Positions 19,901 to 28,979 of a DNA stretch of 64,000 nt are shown piece after piece. Both the position numbers and the translations under genes were made by a program. Source of the stretch: an uncultured Verrucomicrobiae bacterium (lineage in GTDB: Bacteria; Verrucomicrobiota; Verrucomicrobiia; Chthoniobacterales; JAATET01); contig CAVRCI010000002.1 of the NCBI GenBank assembly GCA_963719495.1, forward strand, positions 256,001 through 320,000, given 5' to 3'. The notes below the pieces were generated by a model. That model was given only the letters and a program-made list of their open reading frames with translations, made no database searches and was not told the origin of the DNA. Position 1 is the first letter of the stretch, and each line of letters opens with the position of its first letter.

Positions 19901-22900
19901 GGAATGACGGTGTCGGAGGAATCGCAGGCGCTCGCAATGGCTCTGCAAGTCCGCCAGATGACCGCCTCGGCGGTGGAATCGATGTTTCGAGAGAATCAGT
20001 CGCGTGGGTCCGGCTCCTACCTGCAAAGCCAATTTGCCTCGATGGGGAAGATCGCCGAGACGTATCCGGGCGAGGTGGCTCTCGCGTGGTACGCGGCGCT
20101 GACCGACCAGGTGGGCGACACCAAGACGGCGGCGGCGGAGCTGGCAGCCAAATTGGCGGCGGGAGGTGCGAGTGCCGGTGAACTGCTGACGGCGATGGTC
20201 GTGATGCGGGATCCGGATCAGCTGAACGAGGCGGTGAGAGGGGTGATCGCGGCAAATCCGGCGGGCGGGACGCTGGACCGATTTGCGCTTGGATTGTTGG
20301 CGTGGCGGGGAGCGGGGTATTCGCTCGATCCGGAGCTGGTTCGTCAGTTGCTGGCGCGCACCGGCACCGACGAGCCGGAATGGACGAACGCACCCGCGGC
20401 GCGGGCGCAGGCCTGGCTGGACGTCGGTGAGCCGGAGCGCGCGAGATCGCTGACCGCGGAATGGGCGAAGAACGACCCGCTCGAGGGCGATGGGGAAATC
20501 TCCGCCGTGCTGACGACGGCGCTGCGCGTCGATTCCGTGGAGGCCTACGAGACGGTGCTTCGGCGCTACGCGGAGAAGATCGCGGCGGATCCCAGCCTGG
20601 GCGTCAGCTATTCGCGGCTCTCGGCCTTCACGATGCCGGGTGCGGTCTATCACTACAGTGGCGGCGAGCCGGAGCGCATGGGGCCGGAAGACGTGAGTGA
20701 ATACCGACGGGCGGGTCTGCGATTTCTCCTGCAAACCCACGACGCGAGCGCGGGGGCCGCGAGCGGCAGCTCGAGCTTCTACGGTGAATTCCGCCCCTTG
20801 ACGGACGCCGGTGCTTTCGTTCCGACGAAGTTGCTCGGATTGCCCGATCTCTCGGTGATCGACAACACCGTGCGGAATGCCCTGCGGCAGGGAGGGAAGA
20901 TCGATGACTGGATCGCGACCATCGAGGGGCTGCGTGACGACGTGGGCGCCGACGCTCCGGACGACGAGCGGGACCGCCTCGACCTGATTCTCGCCATCCT
21001 CCAGGCGTCGGACCGCCGGATGGAGCCGGCCCTCGCGACGATCCGGGAGCTTCGGGAGAAGCGGGACGATCCGGCGCTGGACGTGGTCGAAGCGAAGATG
21101 CTGATGGACGACGGGGATGAGCGGGCGGCGCTCGAATTGCTGGACGCCGTGCCGCGATCGGCGGGCGACGTGCGGCGATACGCCGACCTTTACCGGCTGG
21201 ACGCGCTGACGCGCCTCGGTGAGCGGGACGACGCGGAGAAGTTGTTGAGCGAACTGACGCGCGGGCGCCGGGTGACGGCGTCGGGCGAGCGGAATTTTCT
21301 CCAAAATTTCGAGCGCCGGTTGAAGGGGGCGACGACCACCACGCAGCCGAGTCCGTCGCAAACGGTCGCTCAGGAGGCGCAGAGTCTCGCTGCGCTGAAG
21401 AAGGATGGAAAATTGGACGACGCCAATCGACTGGCTGAGAAATTACTGCGGCTCGATCCCTTCGGTGGCGGGAATAATTCCTACGCGATCGGACGCGCGA
21501 TGAGTTTTCTCGAAAAGGAGGATCTCCAGAAGTATCAGGCGGAGTGGCGGGAGGTGCTCGACCGCTCGCCGCGATCCGCGCGGCACCTCTACCTGATGGC
21601 CCGGAGTTGGCAATACGTGAGCGTCGTGAAACGGGCGTGGGTCGAGCGGACCGACGTGGAGTTGCCCGTGTGGCTGCGGTTGAGCCGGACCGGGTCGGAA
21701 TTAACGGCGGAGTCCTCGAAGGACGGGGAGACGTGGAAGGCACTGAGCGGCATGACGTTCGACGCCGACGGGCCGGTGCTCGTGGGGATTGCGATCAGCA
21801 GTCATGACCCGAAATTGCCGACGGCGGCGGACTTCGAAGCCGTCGCGCTCACGGGCGACGCCCCGGCTTCGGAAGGCAAAGGCGAGCTGGTCGATGGGTG
21901 GCGTTCGGTCGACGTGGGCAAGGTCGCCGCGGGTGGCGGGGCGGAGATCGCCGACGGAAGCGTGAGCATCCGAAGCGCCGGCGACGACATCGCCGAGGGG
22001 AAGGATTCGTTCCGCTACGTCTACCGGAATCTTCCGTCCGACGGGACGATCACGGCGAAGGTGACGCGGATCGATCCGGGGCACGACTGGGCGAAAGCGG
22101 GGCTGATGGTGCGCGAATCGCTGGAACCGCTCAGCCGATTTGGAATGGCGCTCGTGACGCCGTCGAAGCGGGTCTTGTTTCAGGCGCGCGAGACGGTGGA
22201 CGGCAAGGAGCCCGTGCCGGAGCTGGAATATTGGGCGAAGCTGGTCGAGGTGCGCGCCAGCGACGACGACGTGCGGCGGTCCTACGCGAGGGCGTTGCGG
22301 AAAGCGGGCCGCGAAGACGAGAGCCTGGCCGTGCTCGATGAGATGTTGAAGCGGGATCCGCTCGAGGCGATGCGGAATTCGCACGACCTCATCCGGGCCT
22401 ACGAGTCGGCGGACCGGCTGGGCGACCTCGTCGCATTCGTCGAAGGCTACGACTTGAGCCGACCGGATCAGCAGCGCGATTACCGGGTGGCGGACTTCGT
22501 GTCGAATCTCGCCGAGAAAATGGGGAGCAAGGATCCGAAGAAAGCGGTCGCATTCGTCTCGGGAGTGATCGAGCGAATCTCTCCGACGGAGACGGCGGAG
22601 ATGCGAGTGGCCCGGGCGAAGATTCAAATCGCACACGGCACCGAGGAGGAAAAACGGGCGGCACTCCGGGATTTGATCCTGCCGACCTTCGGTGAAGGGA
22701 CGGCGGCTTCGGCGGTCGAGCCGACGGTCTACCGCCGCTCGCTGAACAATTCCATCCGACACGGCGATTACGATTTCGAGCCGAGCGGCGCCGAATACCT
22801 CGGGCTGCTCCGCGAGAACGGGATGTTGGAGGAGATCGCCGACGCGCTCGAGGCCGAGGAAGGATCGGGCCACGGCAGCCAGCAGGCCGACCCCATCCGC

Positions 22901-24184
22901 CTGGCGATTCTGGCCGCGGCCAACCGGGAGGCCGCGTTGCCCGAGATCGCGGAGGCGATCCGGCGGGAACGGGTGGGGATGAATGGATTTCAATCCCGGT
23001 CGGATTTTCTTTTGGTCATGCCGGAACTGATGGAGTGGCCGGAAGGGCGTTCGCTCGCGGTCGAGTGGGCCCGGCAGGCGGCTCGATCGCCGGCGTCGGG
23101 GAGCTCGGAAACGCAACGAGCGTCGCTGCCGGCGCGATTGATGATTCTCGCGGCCGAACTCGCCGGTGACGAGGAGGCCGTGCGGGAAGGTCTGACCCTG
23201 GGGGCGAAGTCGCTGATCGTCGAGATCACGTTGGACAACGAGATCGACTCGCGCAACGGCCACACCTGCCTCGTGGTGCTGAACGGGTTGTTCGCGCGCG
23301 GGATGAAGGAGGAGGCGGCGGAGTTGGTGAAGGCGATGGAGCCATTCGCAAAAGATGCCTACGGGCCGCTGACCGCGTCGGCGTTCCAAGCGGAGGTCGC
23401 GTTCGACGCGGGCGGGACGGGGCTCGTGGCCAAGGCGTGGGTGCGGCCCGGCGGAGATGGGGCCGAGTATGAATTGGCGCCGACGGCGGGAGAGTGGAAA
23501 ATTCTCGCGGCCAACGGGCAGGCGCTGATGGGGCGGCGGCCCCAAGTTCCGGCGGTCGAGGGCGTGGTGGAGTTGCTGGCCGGACCGGATGCCGACGAGC
23601 TGGAGCTGTTCGCGACGATCAAAGAGCCGTCGGTGCGGGGAACGTGGGAGGGTCGGCTGCCGGAAGGCACGAGATTTCTGCAAGCCCGGTTCGTTCCGGC
23701 GGAGGGGGATCCGACCAGCGTGAAACCCGTCGCCGTGAGCCGGGCGGAGAATTTATTTCCGGCAGAGATCGAATGGAAGGGGACCCAAAAAGGTTCGAAA
23801 ACTTGGACGCTCGCGGGCGGCGTCGAACCAACTGGGAGCTACCAGGCGTGGTTCACCGGCGGCACGAACGATCAGTTGCGCGCGGAGGGGCCGCGCGCCG
23901 AGATCGATCCAACCGGGACCTACCTGCTCTCCGGTTGGATTCGCGGCTACACGACGACCGAGGAGCGGGCGATGCTGGGCGTGCGGTTTCTGGATCGCGA
24001 CGGGAAGGAGATCGGGGCCGAGATCCCGGGAACGCCGCGCATCCTACACTGGAATCAGGTGAATCTCGTCCTGGGTGGATCCGCTGGCGGGATTCCCATT
24101 CCGGAGAACGCCCGATTCGTCGAGCCGCTGCTGCGGGGCGTATATCGCGTGGACTCCGCCGAGCTGTTTCTGGGGAAATGGTGA
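16937..24184 (+). CDS. Giant secreted TPR-repeat protein with an internal lectin-like beta-sandwich and a C-terminal CBM-like domain
   Basis: Signal peptide MKRMGIALAVSGLMAGVAWA (alternative start 16961), many TPR-like helix pairs, WAKAGLMVRESL domain, C-terminal TYLLSGWIRG. Confidence 0.85.
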   Translation: MRIETTKVMKRMGIALAVSGLMAGVAWAGPDEISETGARYETMLERQPKRGTAFEKVYLEFLEAGRLDELRERWSARAEASPSYVLLLGYLDERREKLDEARAAFARYAEQAPDAPEGWEALAGLDHRAGRLAEAAAARRKALERTTDPERRIALYQELALELERQFLTEEATVVWRELAEEFADETLVLEEVSLALAQAGKTTEAREMLEGLAAKPELDAFQRVGIEARIAGLEELEGKTKQARERYDGLLASTRPGSWLHRDLRARIEASYRREDDLPGLVTYYEGRLEALPQDVESAIRLAEALRELRREGEALDWLKRAAEWAPDREELQIAYAEALMGAGNFPDAIVIWKRLIRENPETVDFRESLGETHWRAHEVASNAGGDGTKDRAAAIEAWRGMAPSDGNDLARVVALATVWESHDLTAEARTEYERALAIDPRASDVRERLAMLDLADGEKERAWAMMDGIVPVDGAEVRDYLYLSRLQQRVERTEASLATVESGLKNFPGDVDLLQQKLTLASASERWDTALAVCDELLAGAESAATAAEYEKRKVRILVAMDRAEVVAAELGARIGAEPGLSESELRLLIRLLEATPSEEDAMEAALAEAEARFPDSVGLIELRIAALEAVERTAEKIALLRRMAELDPSRRSAWLREVARIEFETLDDEGEAALATLRESVEASPADVETLVGAADLAGRNDRISDAETWYREASRLAERPADALLRLGSLFMGADRSDEAITVFEEAFEAETESQGKLGIIKQMTRAYLQGGRATEIIDRFERRQRAEGEGGWRYALYLSEIYFQISDYSAAREELERALASRPKDASLLRQLVAVAEREQNYEQVEKFQRLLADVEPGESTELELASTLLQNGNFADARPLLVENWDALTTRAGLLQSLLASAKTGATVEPFLAMIDARMAGDEAGLESRQRRLEIALVTEDPEASRKRALDLWRDLQSEKLSPPSVDPNGPRSSPSPIFAYLGMTVSEESQALAMALQVRQMTASAVESMFRENQSRGSGSYLQSQFASMGKIAETYPGEVALAWYAALTDQVGDTKTAAAELAAKLAAGGASAGELLTAMVVMRDPDQLNEAVRGVIAANPAGGTLDRFALGLLAWRGAGYSLDPELVRQLLARTGTDEPEWTNAPAARAQAWLDVGEPERARSLTAEWAKNDPLEGDGEISAVLTTALRVDSVEAYETVLRRYAEKIAADPSLGVSYSRLSAFTMPGAVYHYSGGEPERMGPEDVSEYRRAGLRFLLQTHDASAGAASGSSSFYGEFRPLTDAGAFVPTKLLGLPDLSVIDNTVRNALRQGGKIDDWIATIEGLRDDVGADAPDDERDRLDLILAILQASDRRMEPALATIRELREKRDDPALDVVEAKMLMDDGDERAALELLDAVPRSAGDVRRYADLYRLDALTRLGERDDAEKLLSELTRGRRVTASGERNFLQNFERRLKGATTTTQPSPSQTVAQEAQSLAALKKDGKLDDANRLAEKLLRLDPFGGGNNSYAIGRAMSFLEKEDLQKYQAEWREVLDRSPRSARHLYLMARSWQYVSVVKRAWVERTDVELPVWLRLSRTGSELTAESSKDGETWKALSGMTFDADGPVLVGIAISSHDPKLPTAADFEAVALTGDAPASEGKGELVDGWRSVDVGKVAAGGGAEIADGSVSIRSAGDDIAEGKDSFRYVYRNLPSDGTITAKVTRIDPGHDWAKAGLMVRESLEPLSRFGMALVTPSKRVLFQARETVDGKEPVPELEYWAKLVEVRASDDDVRRSYARALRKAGREDESLAVLDEMLKRDPLEAMRNSHDLIRAYESADRLGDLVAFVEGYDLSRPDQQRDYRVADFVSNLAEKMGSKDPKKAVAFVSGVIERISPTETAEMRVARAKIQIAHGTEEEKRAALRDLILPTFGEGTAASAVEPTVYRRSLNNSIRHGDYDFEPSGAEYLGLLRENGMLEEIADALEAEEGSGHGSQQADPIRLAILAAANREAALPEIAEAIRRERVGMNGFQSRSDFLLVMPELMEWPEGRSLAVEWARQAARSPASGSSETQRASLPARLMILAAELAGDEEAVREGLTLGAKSLIVEITLDNEIDSRNGHTCLVVLNGLFARGMKEEAAELVKAMEPFAKDAYGPLTASAFQAEVAFDAGGTGLVAKAWVRPGGDGAEYELAPTAGEWKILAANGQALMGRRPQVPAVEGVVELLAGPDADELELFATIKEPSVRGTWEGRLPEGTRFLQARFVPAEGDPTSVKPVAVSRAENLFPAEIEWKGTQKGSKTWTLAGGVEPTGSYQAWFTGGTNDQLRAEGPRAEIDPTGTYLLSGWIRGYTTTEERAMLGVRFLDRDGKEIGAEIPGTPRILHWNQVNLVLGGSAGGIPIPENARFVEPLLRGVYRVDSAELFLGKW

Positions 24185-24240
24185 TTCATCGTTCGGAATT
24201 TCGCTGGGTTGCGCGGGGGACCGACAGTTAGGCTTTTGGC

Positions 24241-26403
24241 GTGGAAGTCCCGGATCTCTTGTTGTCGCATTCGCGGCTGGCGGCGTGGGCCTGGGACGTC
24301 CGGACCGATACGGTCCGGTGGTCGCCGGAGCTGCGGGTGATGCTGGGTTACGAAGCCGGGGATCCAGAGCCGAATTGGGCCAACCACCAGGAGTTGCTGA
24401 CGCCGAGCAGCTTCCGACGCCTCGAGGCGGCGGTCGGGCGGTGCCTGGGCTCGGGCGAGCCGTATCGTCTGCGGCTCGAATTCATCGGCAAGGCTGGGAA
24501 GCGGCTCCACGTCGAAAATCACGGAGCGGTGGCGGAATGGGAGGACGGCAAACCGGTCCGGTTGACCGGCGTCTGCGTCGACCGGACGGCTGAGCAGCGG
24601 GCGATGCAAAGCCTGCGCCAGACAACTCGGCTGCTCAGCAAGACGGCGCAGATCGGGCGAATCGGGGGTTGGCAGTGGAACCTCGTTTCCCGCCAGATGA
24701 CGTGGTCGGCGGAGATGTACCGGGTGCACGGAGTCGGGCGGGATTTCGAACCGACGCTGGCCGGAATGGTCGGTCTCTACCCCGCCGAGAGTCGCGCGCT
24801 GCTCGAGACCGTGATCGCGCGTCCCGAGGAAACGGGCGAGCCGGGTGAGTTGGAGTTGGATTTGACCGGTCCCGACGGCAAACGGAGGCGGCTGCGCTGG
24901 ATCACCGAGTGCGAGTGGGTGCAAGGAGCGACGGTGATCAGCGGAACGACGCAGGACATCACGCTGGATCACGGCCTGCAGACCGAACGAAACCTGCTTT
25001 TCAATTTGTCGCGGGATCTGTTGGGAATCGCGGATTTCAACGGGCGTTACACGCAGGTCAATCCGGCCTGGACGAAAACCCTGGGTTGGAGCGAGAGCGA
25101 GATGGCGGGGCGGCGTTGGATCGATCTGGTCCATCCGGATGATTTGGAGGCCACCCTGGAAGCGGGTTCGGCTCTGGAGCGCGGCGACGAGGTCGCCTCG
25201 TTCACGAACCGGTTGCGGTGCCGGGACGGATCCTATCGGACGGTTTCGTGGAAGGCGGTGCCGGTGCCGACGGAGGACCGGATCGTGTTCGTCGCTCGCG
25301 ATACGACGGAGGAAATGTCGGCTCAGCGTGAGCTGGACGAGCGGCGACGGACGATCGATGCGATCCTGGAGCACTCGCTGGCCGGGTATTGGGATTGGCA
25401 CATCGAGCGCGACGAAGAGGTGGTGAGCGAGACCTTCCGACGGATGTTCGGTTACGGGGAGACGGAGCGGGACGGGTGGCCGGTACCGTGGCGGCGGCTG
25501 ATTCTTTCCGAGGATCTGCCGAAGGCGCGGGCGGCTTTTCGAACCCACGCGGCGAGCCGGGGGACCGTCCCGTTCTCGAGCGAGCTGCGCTGTCTGCACC
25601 GGGACGGGTCGATCATGTGGGTCCTGGCGGCGGGTTCCGTGGTGGAATGGTCCGACGCGGGAGCGCCCCTCCGGATGGTGGGTTGCTGCATGGACGTGAC
25701 GAAGGCGAAGCTGCAGGAGCTGGAGCGCCACGCGGCGGAGCGAGCGCTGAGCGGGGCCGCGCTCGAGGAGCGTCGGAGGCTGGCCTTCCACATGCACGAT
25801 GGGGTGGGCCAGTTGCTGACGGCCGCGTCCATGGGTGCCAAGCGGCTGGCGGATTCGCGAGACCTCGCCGACGAGGTGCGCGAGGAGGCGGGCAAGATCC
25901 AGGGTGTTGTCGGCGAGACGCACCGCCGGATCCGCGCCATCACGCGGGGATTGGTGCCGGAGGAAGTCCACGCTGGTAATTTCAATGGCTCGGTGGGGCG
26001 GCTCACCGAAGCGTGCGCGGCGGGATTTCAGATCGAGTGCCGTTTCGAGAGCGACTCGGAGTCGCAGATTCCGTCCCGCTTCGTGGCGCTCCAGCTTTAC
26101 CTCATCATTCAGGAGGCGATCCTGAACGCGGTGCGCCACGGCGAGGCGCTCGTGGTGACGGTCAAACTCGAGAAGGTCGACGGTCAGCTGGAGATTTCCA
26201 TCACCGACGACGGGAGCGGGATCGACGTCCGCGACGACAGCGATGCCGGCTTCGCGCCGCGGGGCCTCGGTCTGCGGAGCATGGCGGCGAGGGCCCGGGA
26301 CGCCGGGGGGAGAATGGACATCGACCGGGTGCCGGGCGGCGGGACCCGGGTGTTGTGCCGGGTGCCGGCGGCCGAGCTGGTCGAGGATCCGACGATCTCC
26401 TAG
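24241..26403 (+). CDS. Multi-PAS/PAC soluble sensor histidine kinase (HisKA_3 type)
   Basis: About four PAS/PAC units (e.g. VHPDD), ERRRLAFHMHDGVGQLL, QEAILNAVRHG, ITDDGSG, GLGLRSM. Confidence 0.92.
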   Translation: MEVPDLLLSHSRLAAWAWDVRTDTVRWSPELRVMLGYEAGDPEPNWANHQELLTPSSFRRLEAAVGRCLGSGEPYRLRLEFIGKAGKRLHVENHGAVAEWEDGKPVRLTGVCVDRTAEQRAMQSLRQTTRLLSKTAQIGRIGGWQWNLVSRQMTWSAEMYRVHGVGRDFEPTLAGMVGLYPAESRALLETVIARPEETGEPGELELDLTGPDGKRRRLRWITECEWVQGATVISGTTQDITLDHGLQTERNLLFNLSRDLLGIADFNGRYTQVNPAWTKTLGWSESEMAGRRWIDLVHPDDLEATLEAGSALERGDEVASFTNRLRCRDGSYRTVSWKAVPVPTEDRIVFVARDTTEEMSAQRELDERRRTIDAILEHSLAGYWDWHIERDEEVVSETFRRMFGYGETERDGWPVPWRRLILSEDLPKARAAFRTHAASRGTVPFSSELRCLHRDGSIMWVLAAGSVVEWSDAGAPLRMVGCCMDVTKAKLQELERHAAERALSGAALEERRRLAFHMHDGVGQLLTAASMGAKRLADSRDLADEVREEAGKIQGVVGETHRRIRAITRGLVPEEVHAGNFNGSVGRLTEACAAGFQIECRFESDSESQIPSRFVALQLYLIIQEAILNAVRHGEALVVTVKLEKVDGQLEISITDDGSGIDVRDDSDAGFAPRGLGLRSMAARARDAGGRMDIDRVPGGGTRVLCRVPAAELVEDPTIS

Positions 26404-26819
26404 TTCGGACGCGGCGGCCGCGGGTAAACGGCGAGGATGAGCGCGGCGGCCAGAAGGACGACGTCGCGGACGAGGGTGGTGACCATTCGCTCGCGGGAGG
26501 GTGCGGTCTCGCCGAAGCAGCCGCAGTCGACGATGAGACCCTGACTGAGAGCCCAACCGAGGGCGGCGGTGAAGGTGACAAGGAGGGTCGCGGTGAGGAT
26601 CGCGCCCCAGCGGACGGTTCGCGGGACGAGGAGCAGGATCGCGGCGAGGATTTCGAACCACGGGAGGATGATCGCGAAGGCCGTGACGGTAGCCGGGGGG
26701 AGGATGGTGAATTGCGCGATGGTGATCGCGAACCCTTCGCTGGCTCCGGCTTTGACCAAGCCCGCGGCGAGGAAGAGCGCGGCGAGGAGGAGGCGGGTGG
26801 CTAGGTGGAGGTGACGCAC
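26400..26819 (-). CDS. MauE/DoxX-family membrane protein
   Basis: RLLLAALFLAAGLVK, LPWFEI, DCGCFG, RD. Confidence 0.9.
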   Translation of the reverse strand: MRHLHLATRLLLAALFLAAGLVKAGASEGFAITIAQFTILPPATVTAFAIILPWFEILAAILLLVPRTVRWGAILTATLLVTFTAALGWALSQGLIVDCGCFGETAPSRERMVTTLVRDVVLLAAALILAVYPRPPRPN

Positions 26820-26860
26820 GGTGAGTGGTGACTGGTGAGTGGTGAATAGTGAATGGTGGG
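26820..26860. repeat. Heptamer tandem array (G/A)GTGA(G/C/A)T x5 ending in GGTGGG
   Basis: Direct reading; abuts the GTG start of the MauE-like gene. Confidence 0.88.
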
Positions 26861-26930
26861 AATTACCGATGCGGTCTTCCGGCTTCTTCAGCGTTGTGGG
26901 TGGGGTGGGCGAGATGGGTGAGGAGTGTGA

Positions 26931-26964
26931 GCCAGAGATGCTTCGCTTCGCTCAGCATGACAGG
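26931..26964. repeat. REP-like element family A, single arm
   Basis: GCCAGAGATGCTTCGCTTCGCTCAGCATGACAGG, also present in the arm at 35591. Confidence 0.88.
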
Positions 26965-26993
26965 TTTTTTTTGGGGGATGGGCTTGCCTTAGG

Positions 26994-27842
26994 CTAGCTG
27001 CGGAGTGGCTGGACCGCTTCCAGCGTGTCGATGACTTGTCTGGCCGCTGCGACGTTGTGGACCCGGAAGATGGCGGCTCCCCGTTGGTGGCCGGCGACGA
27101 GGCAGGCTGCGGTGCCGGGGTCGCGGTCGTTGGGGTTCGGGCGGCCGAGGACCTCGCCGATGACCGTTTTGCGTGAGACCGGGAGGAGGATGGGGCGGCC
27201 GAGGGTGGCGAGGCGGTCGAGGTGGCGGTAGACGGTGAGGTTGTCGGCGCGCTGTTTAGCGAAGTCGATGCCGGGATCGAGGATGATGCGGTCGAACGGG
27301 AGGCCGGCGGCGGTGGCTTGGGCGATCCGCGCTTCGAAGAACTCGAGGATGTCGGCGATCACGTCGGGATAAGCCGTCGTGAGGTGCGGGACCTTGGGTG
27401 CCCCCCGGGTGTGCATGATGAGGAGCGCGGCTCCGTGGGCGGCGCAGAGGCGGGCATTTTCGTCGGTGGGGAGGCCGCCCATGTCGTTGAGGAGATCGGC
27501 GCCGGCGGCGAGGGCGGCGGCGGCCACGGTGGGACGCCAGGTGTTGACCGAGAGGATTGCGGATTGCGGATTGCGGATTGCGGATTGGAAGGCTGCGATC
27601 ACCGGGAGGAGGCGGTCGATTTCCTCCTGTTCGCTGATGGGCGGGCGGTTCGTGCGGGCGCTTTCGGCTCCGACGTCGAGGATTTCGGCGCCGTCGCGGA
27701 TGAGGTCCGCCATTCGCCCGGTGGCCCAGCCGGGATCGAGCGATCCGTCGTCGCAGAACGAATCGTCGTTCACGTTGAGGATGCCCATGACGAGCGGGCG
27801 GCGGGGGAAGGTGAGGTGGTGGTGTCGGGCGCGGAGTTCCAT
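26994..27842 (-). CDS. folP: Dihydropteroate synthase
   Basis: MGILNVNDDSF, DVGAESART, ILDPGIDFAK, VSRKTVIG, FRVHNV. Confidence 0.95.
   Translation of the reverse strand: MELRARHHHLTFPRRPLVMGILNVNDDSFCDDGSLDPGWATGRMADLIRDGAEILDVGAESARTNRPPISEQEEIDRLLPVIAAFQSAIRNPQSAILSVNTWRPTVAAAALAAGADLLNDMGGLPTDENARLCAAHGAALLIMHTRGAPKVPHLTTAYPDVIADILEFFEARIAQATAAGLPFDRIILDPGIDFAKQRADNLTVYRHLDRLATLGRPILLPVSRKTVIGEVLGRPNPNDRDPGTAACLVAGHQRGAAIFRVHNVAAARQVIDTLEAVQPLRS
27554..27588. repeat. Heptamer array GGATTGC x4-5 inside folP
   Basis: Direct reading; translates as QSAIRNPQSAI. Confidence 0.92.
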
Positions 27843-27920
27843 CGTCGGCGGGTGGCCCGGGGTGCTTCGGGCTTGTGAAGAATGGGATTCTCTTCCACCC
27901 TCCGCCGGGAATCAATCGCC

Positions 27921-28967
27921 ATGAGTTTTATCGAATCGGTCTACGAAAAGTTGCGACGTCACCCGAAGCGGATCGTCTTCCCGGAGGGCGACGATCCGCG
28001 CGTGCTGCGGGCGGCGCAAACGTTCTTCGAAGAGGGCCTCGGGGTCCCGGTGCTGCTGGGGCGGCGAGAGGTGATCGAAAAGGTCGCGCTCGCCGAGAAG
28101 CTCTCGCTCGATCACGTGGCGATCATCAATCCCGAGACTTCGTCCGACCTGCCGCGTTTCTGCGAGTGGATCGAAAAATTGGACCGTTACCGGGGGTATG
28201 GGATCAACGATTCGAAGGCCATCATGGTGAACCGCAATTACTTCGGCGCGATGATGCTGCAGCTTGGCCTGGTCGACGGGCTGGTCGGGGGTGTGAGTTC
28301 CTACGGGGGTTCGTTGCTGCGTCCGTTGCTCCAGATCGTGAAGCGGTTTCCGCACGCGGAGGTCATAGCCGGCTGCATGGTCGTGTCGGTGCCGGACAGT
28401 TCGTTCGGCGACGACGGGGTGTTGTTTTTCAGCGATTGCGGCGTGGTGCCCGAGCCGACGATGGAGCAACTGGCTTCCATCGCGTTGCAGACCGGCATGC
28501 TGGCCCGGCAGGTCTTCGCGGCGAAGGCCCGCGTGGCGCTGCTGAGCTTTTCGACGAAAGGAAGCGCGATCACGCCGGCGACCGAGCGGGTCTCGCGAGC
28601 GGCGACGCTCACCCGCGAGCTCGCGACGAAATACGGGATCGAGATGGAAGTGGACGGAGAGCTCCAGGCCGACACGGCGCTCATTCCCGAGCTGGCCGGC
28701 ATCAAGGCACCGGGTGGAATGGTCGCGGGCAACGCGAATTGCCTGATCTTCCCGGACCTCAACTCCGGCAACATCTCGGTCAAACTGGTGCAGCACCTGG
28801 CGAAGGCGCGGGTCTACGGTCAGCTGGTCCTCGGGCTCATGCGACCGGCGGCCGAGCTGTCGCGCGGCACGCACCCCGACGAGATCGTGAGCGTGGCGGC
28901 GCTGGTCGGCCTGCAGGCCATCGAGTATCGAAAACTCTATCCGCAGGAGCAGGCGGCGGTGCTGTAA
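27921..28967 (+). CDS. pta: Phosphate acetyltransferase, catalytic (PTA/PTB) domain only
   Basis: RIVFPEGDDPRVLRAA, ALLSFSTKGS, VDGELQADTAL, LIFPDLNSGNI, LSRG. Confidence 0.93.
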   Translation: MSFIESVYEKLRRHPKRIVFPEGDDPRVLRAAQTFFEEGLGVPVLLGRREVIEKVALAEKLSLDHVAIINPETSSDLPRFCEWIEKLDRYRGYGINDSKAIMVNRNYFGAMMLQLGLVDGLVGGVSSYGGSLLRPLLQIVKRFPHAEVIAGCMVVSVPDSSFGDDGVLFFSDCGVVPEPTMEQLASIALQTGMLARQVFAAKARVALLSFSTKGSAITPATERVSRAATLTRELATKYGIEMEVDGELQADTALIPELAGIKAPGGMVAGNANCLIFPDLNSGNISVKLVQHLAKARVYGQLVLGLMRPAAELSRGTHPDEIVSVAALVGLQAIEYRKLYPQEQAAVL

Positions 28968-28979
28968 ACGGGATCCGAT

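Noticed and set aside
17771..23683. Very long antisense ORFs (1196 aa, 660 aa) and many similar Arg/Pro-rich ORFs across the window
   Set aside because: Shadow frames of real genes in high-GC DNA, with no recognisable motifs.
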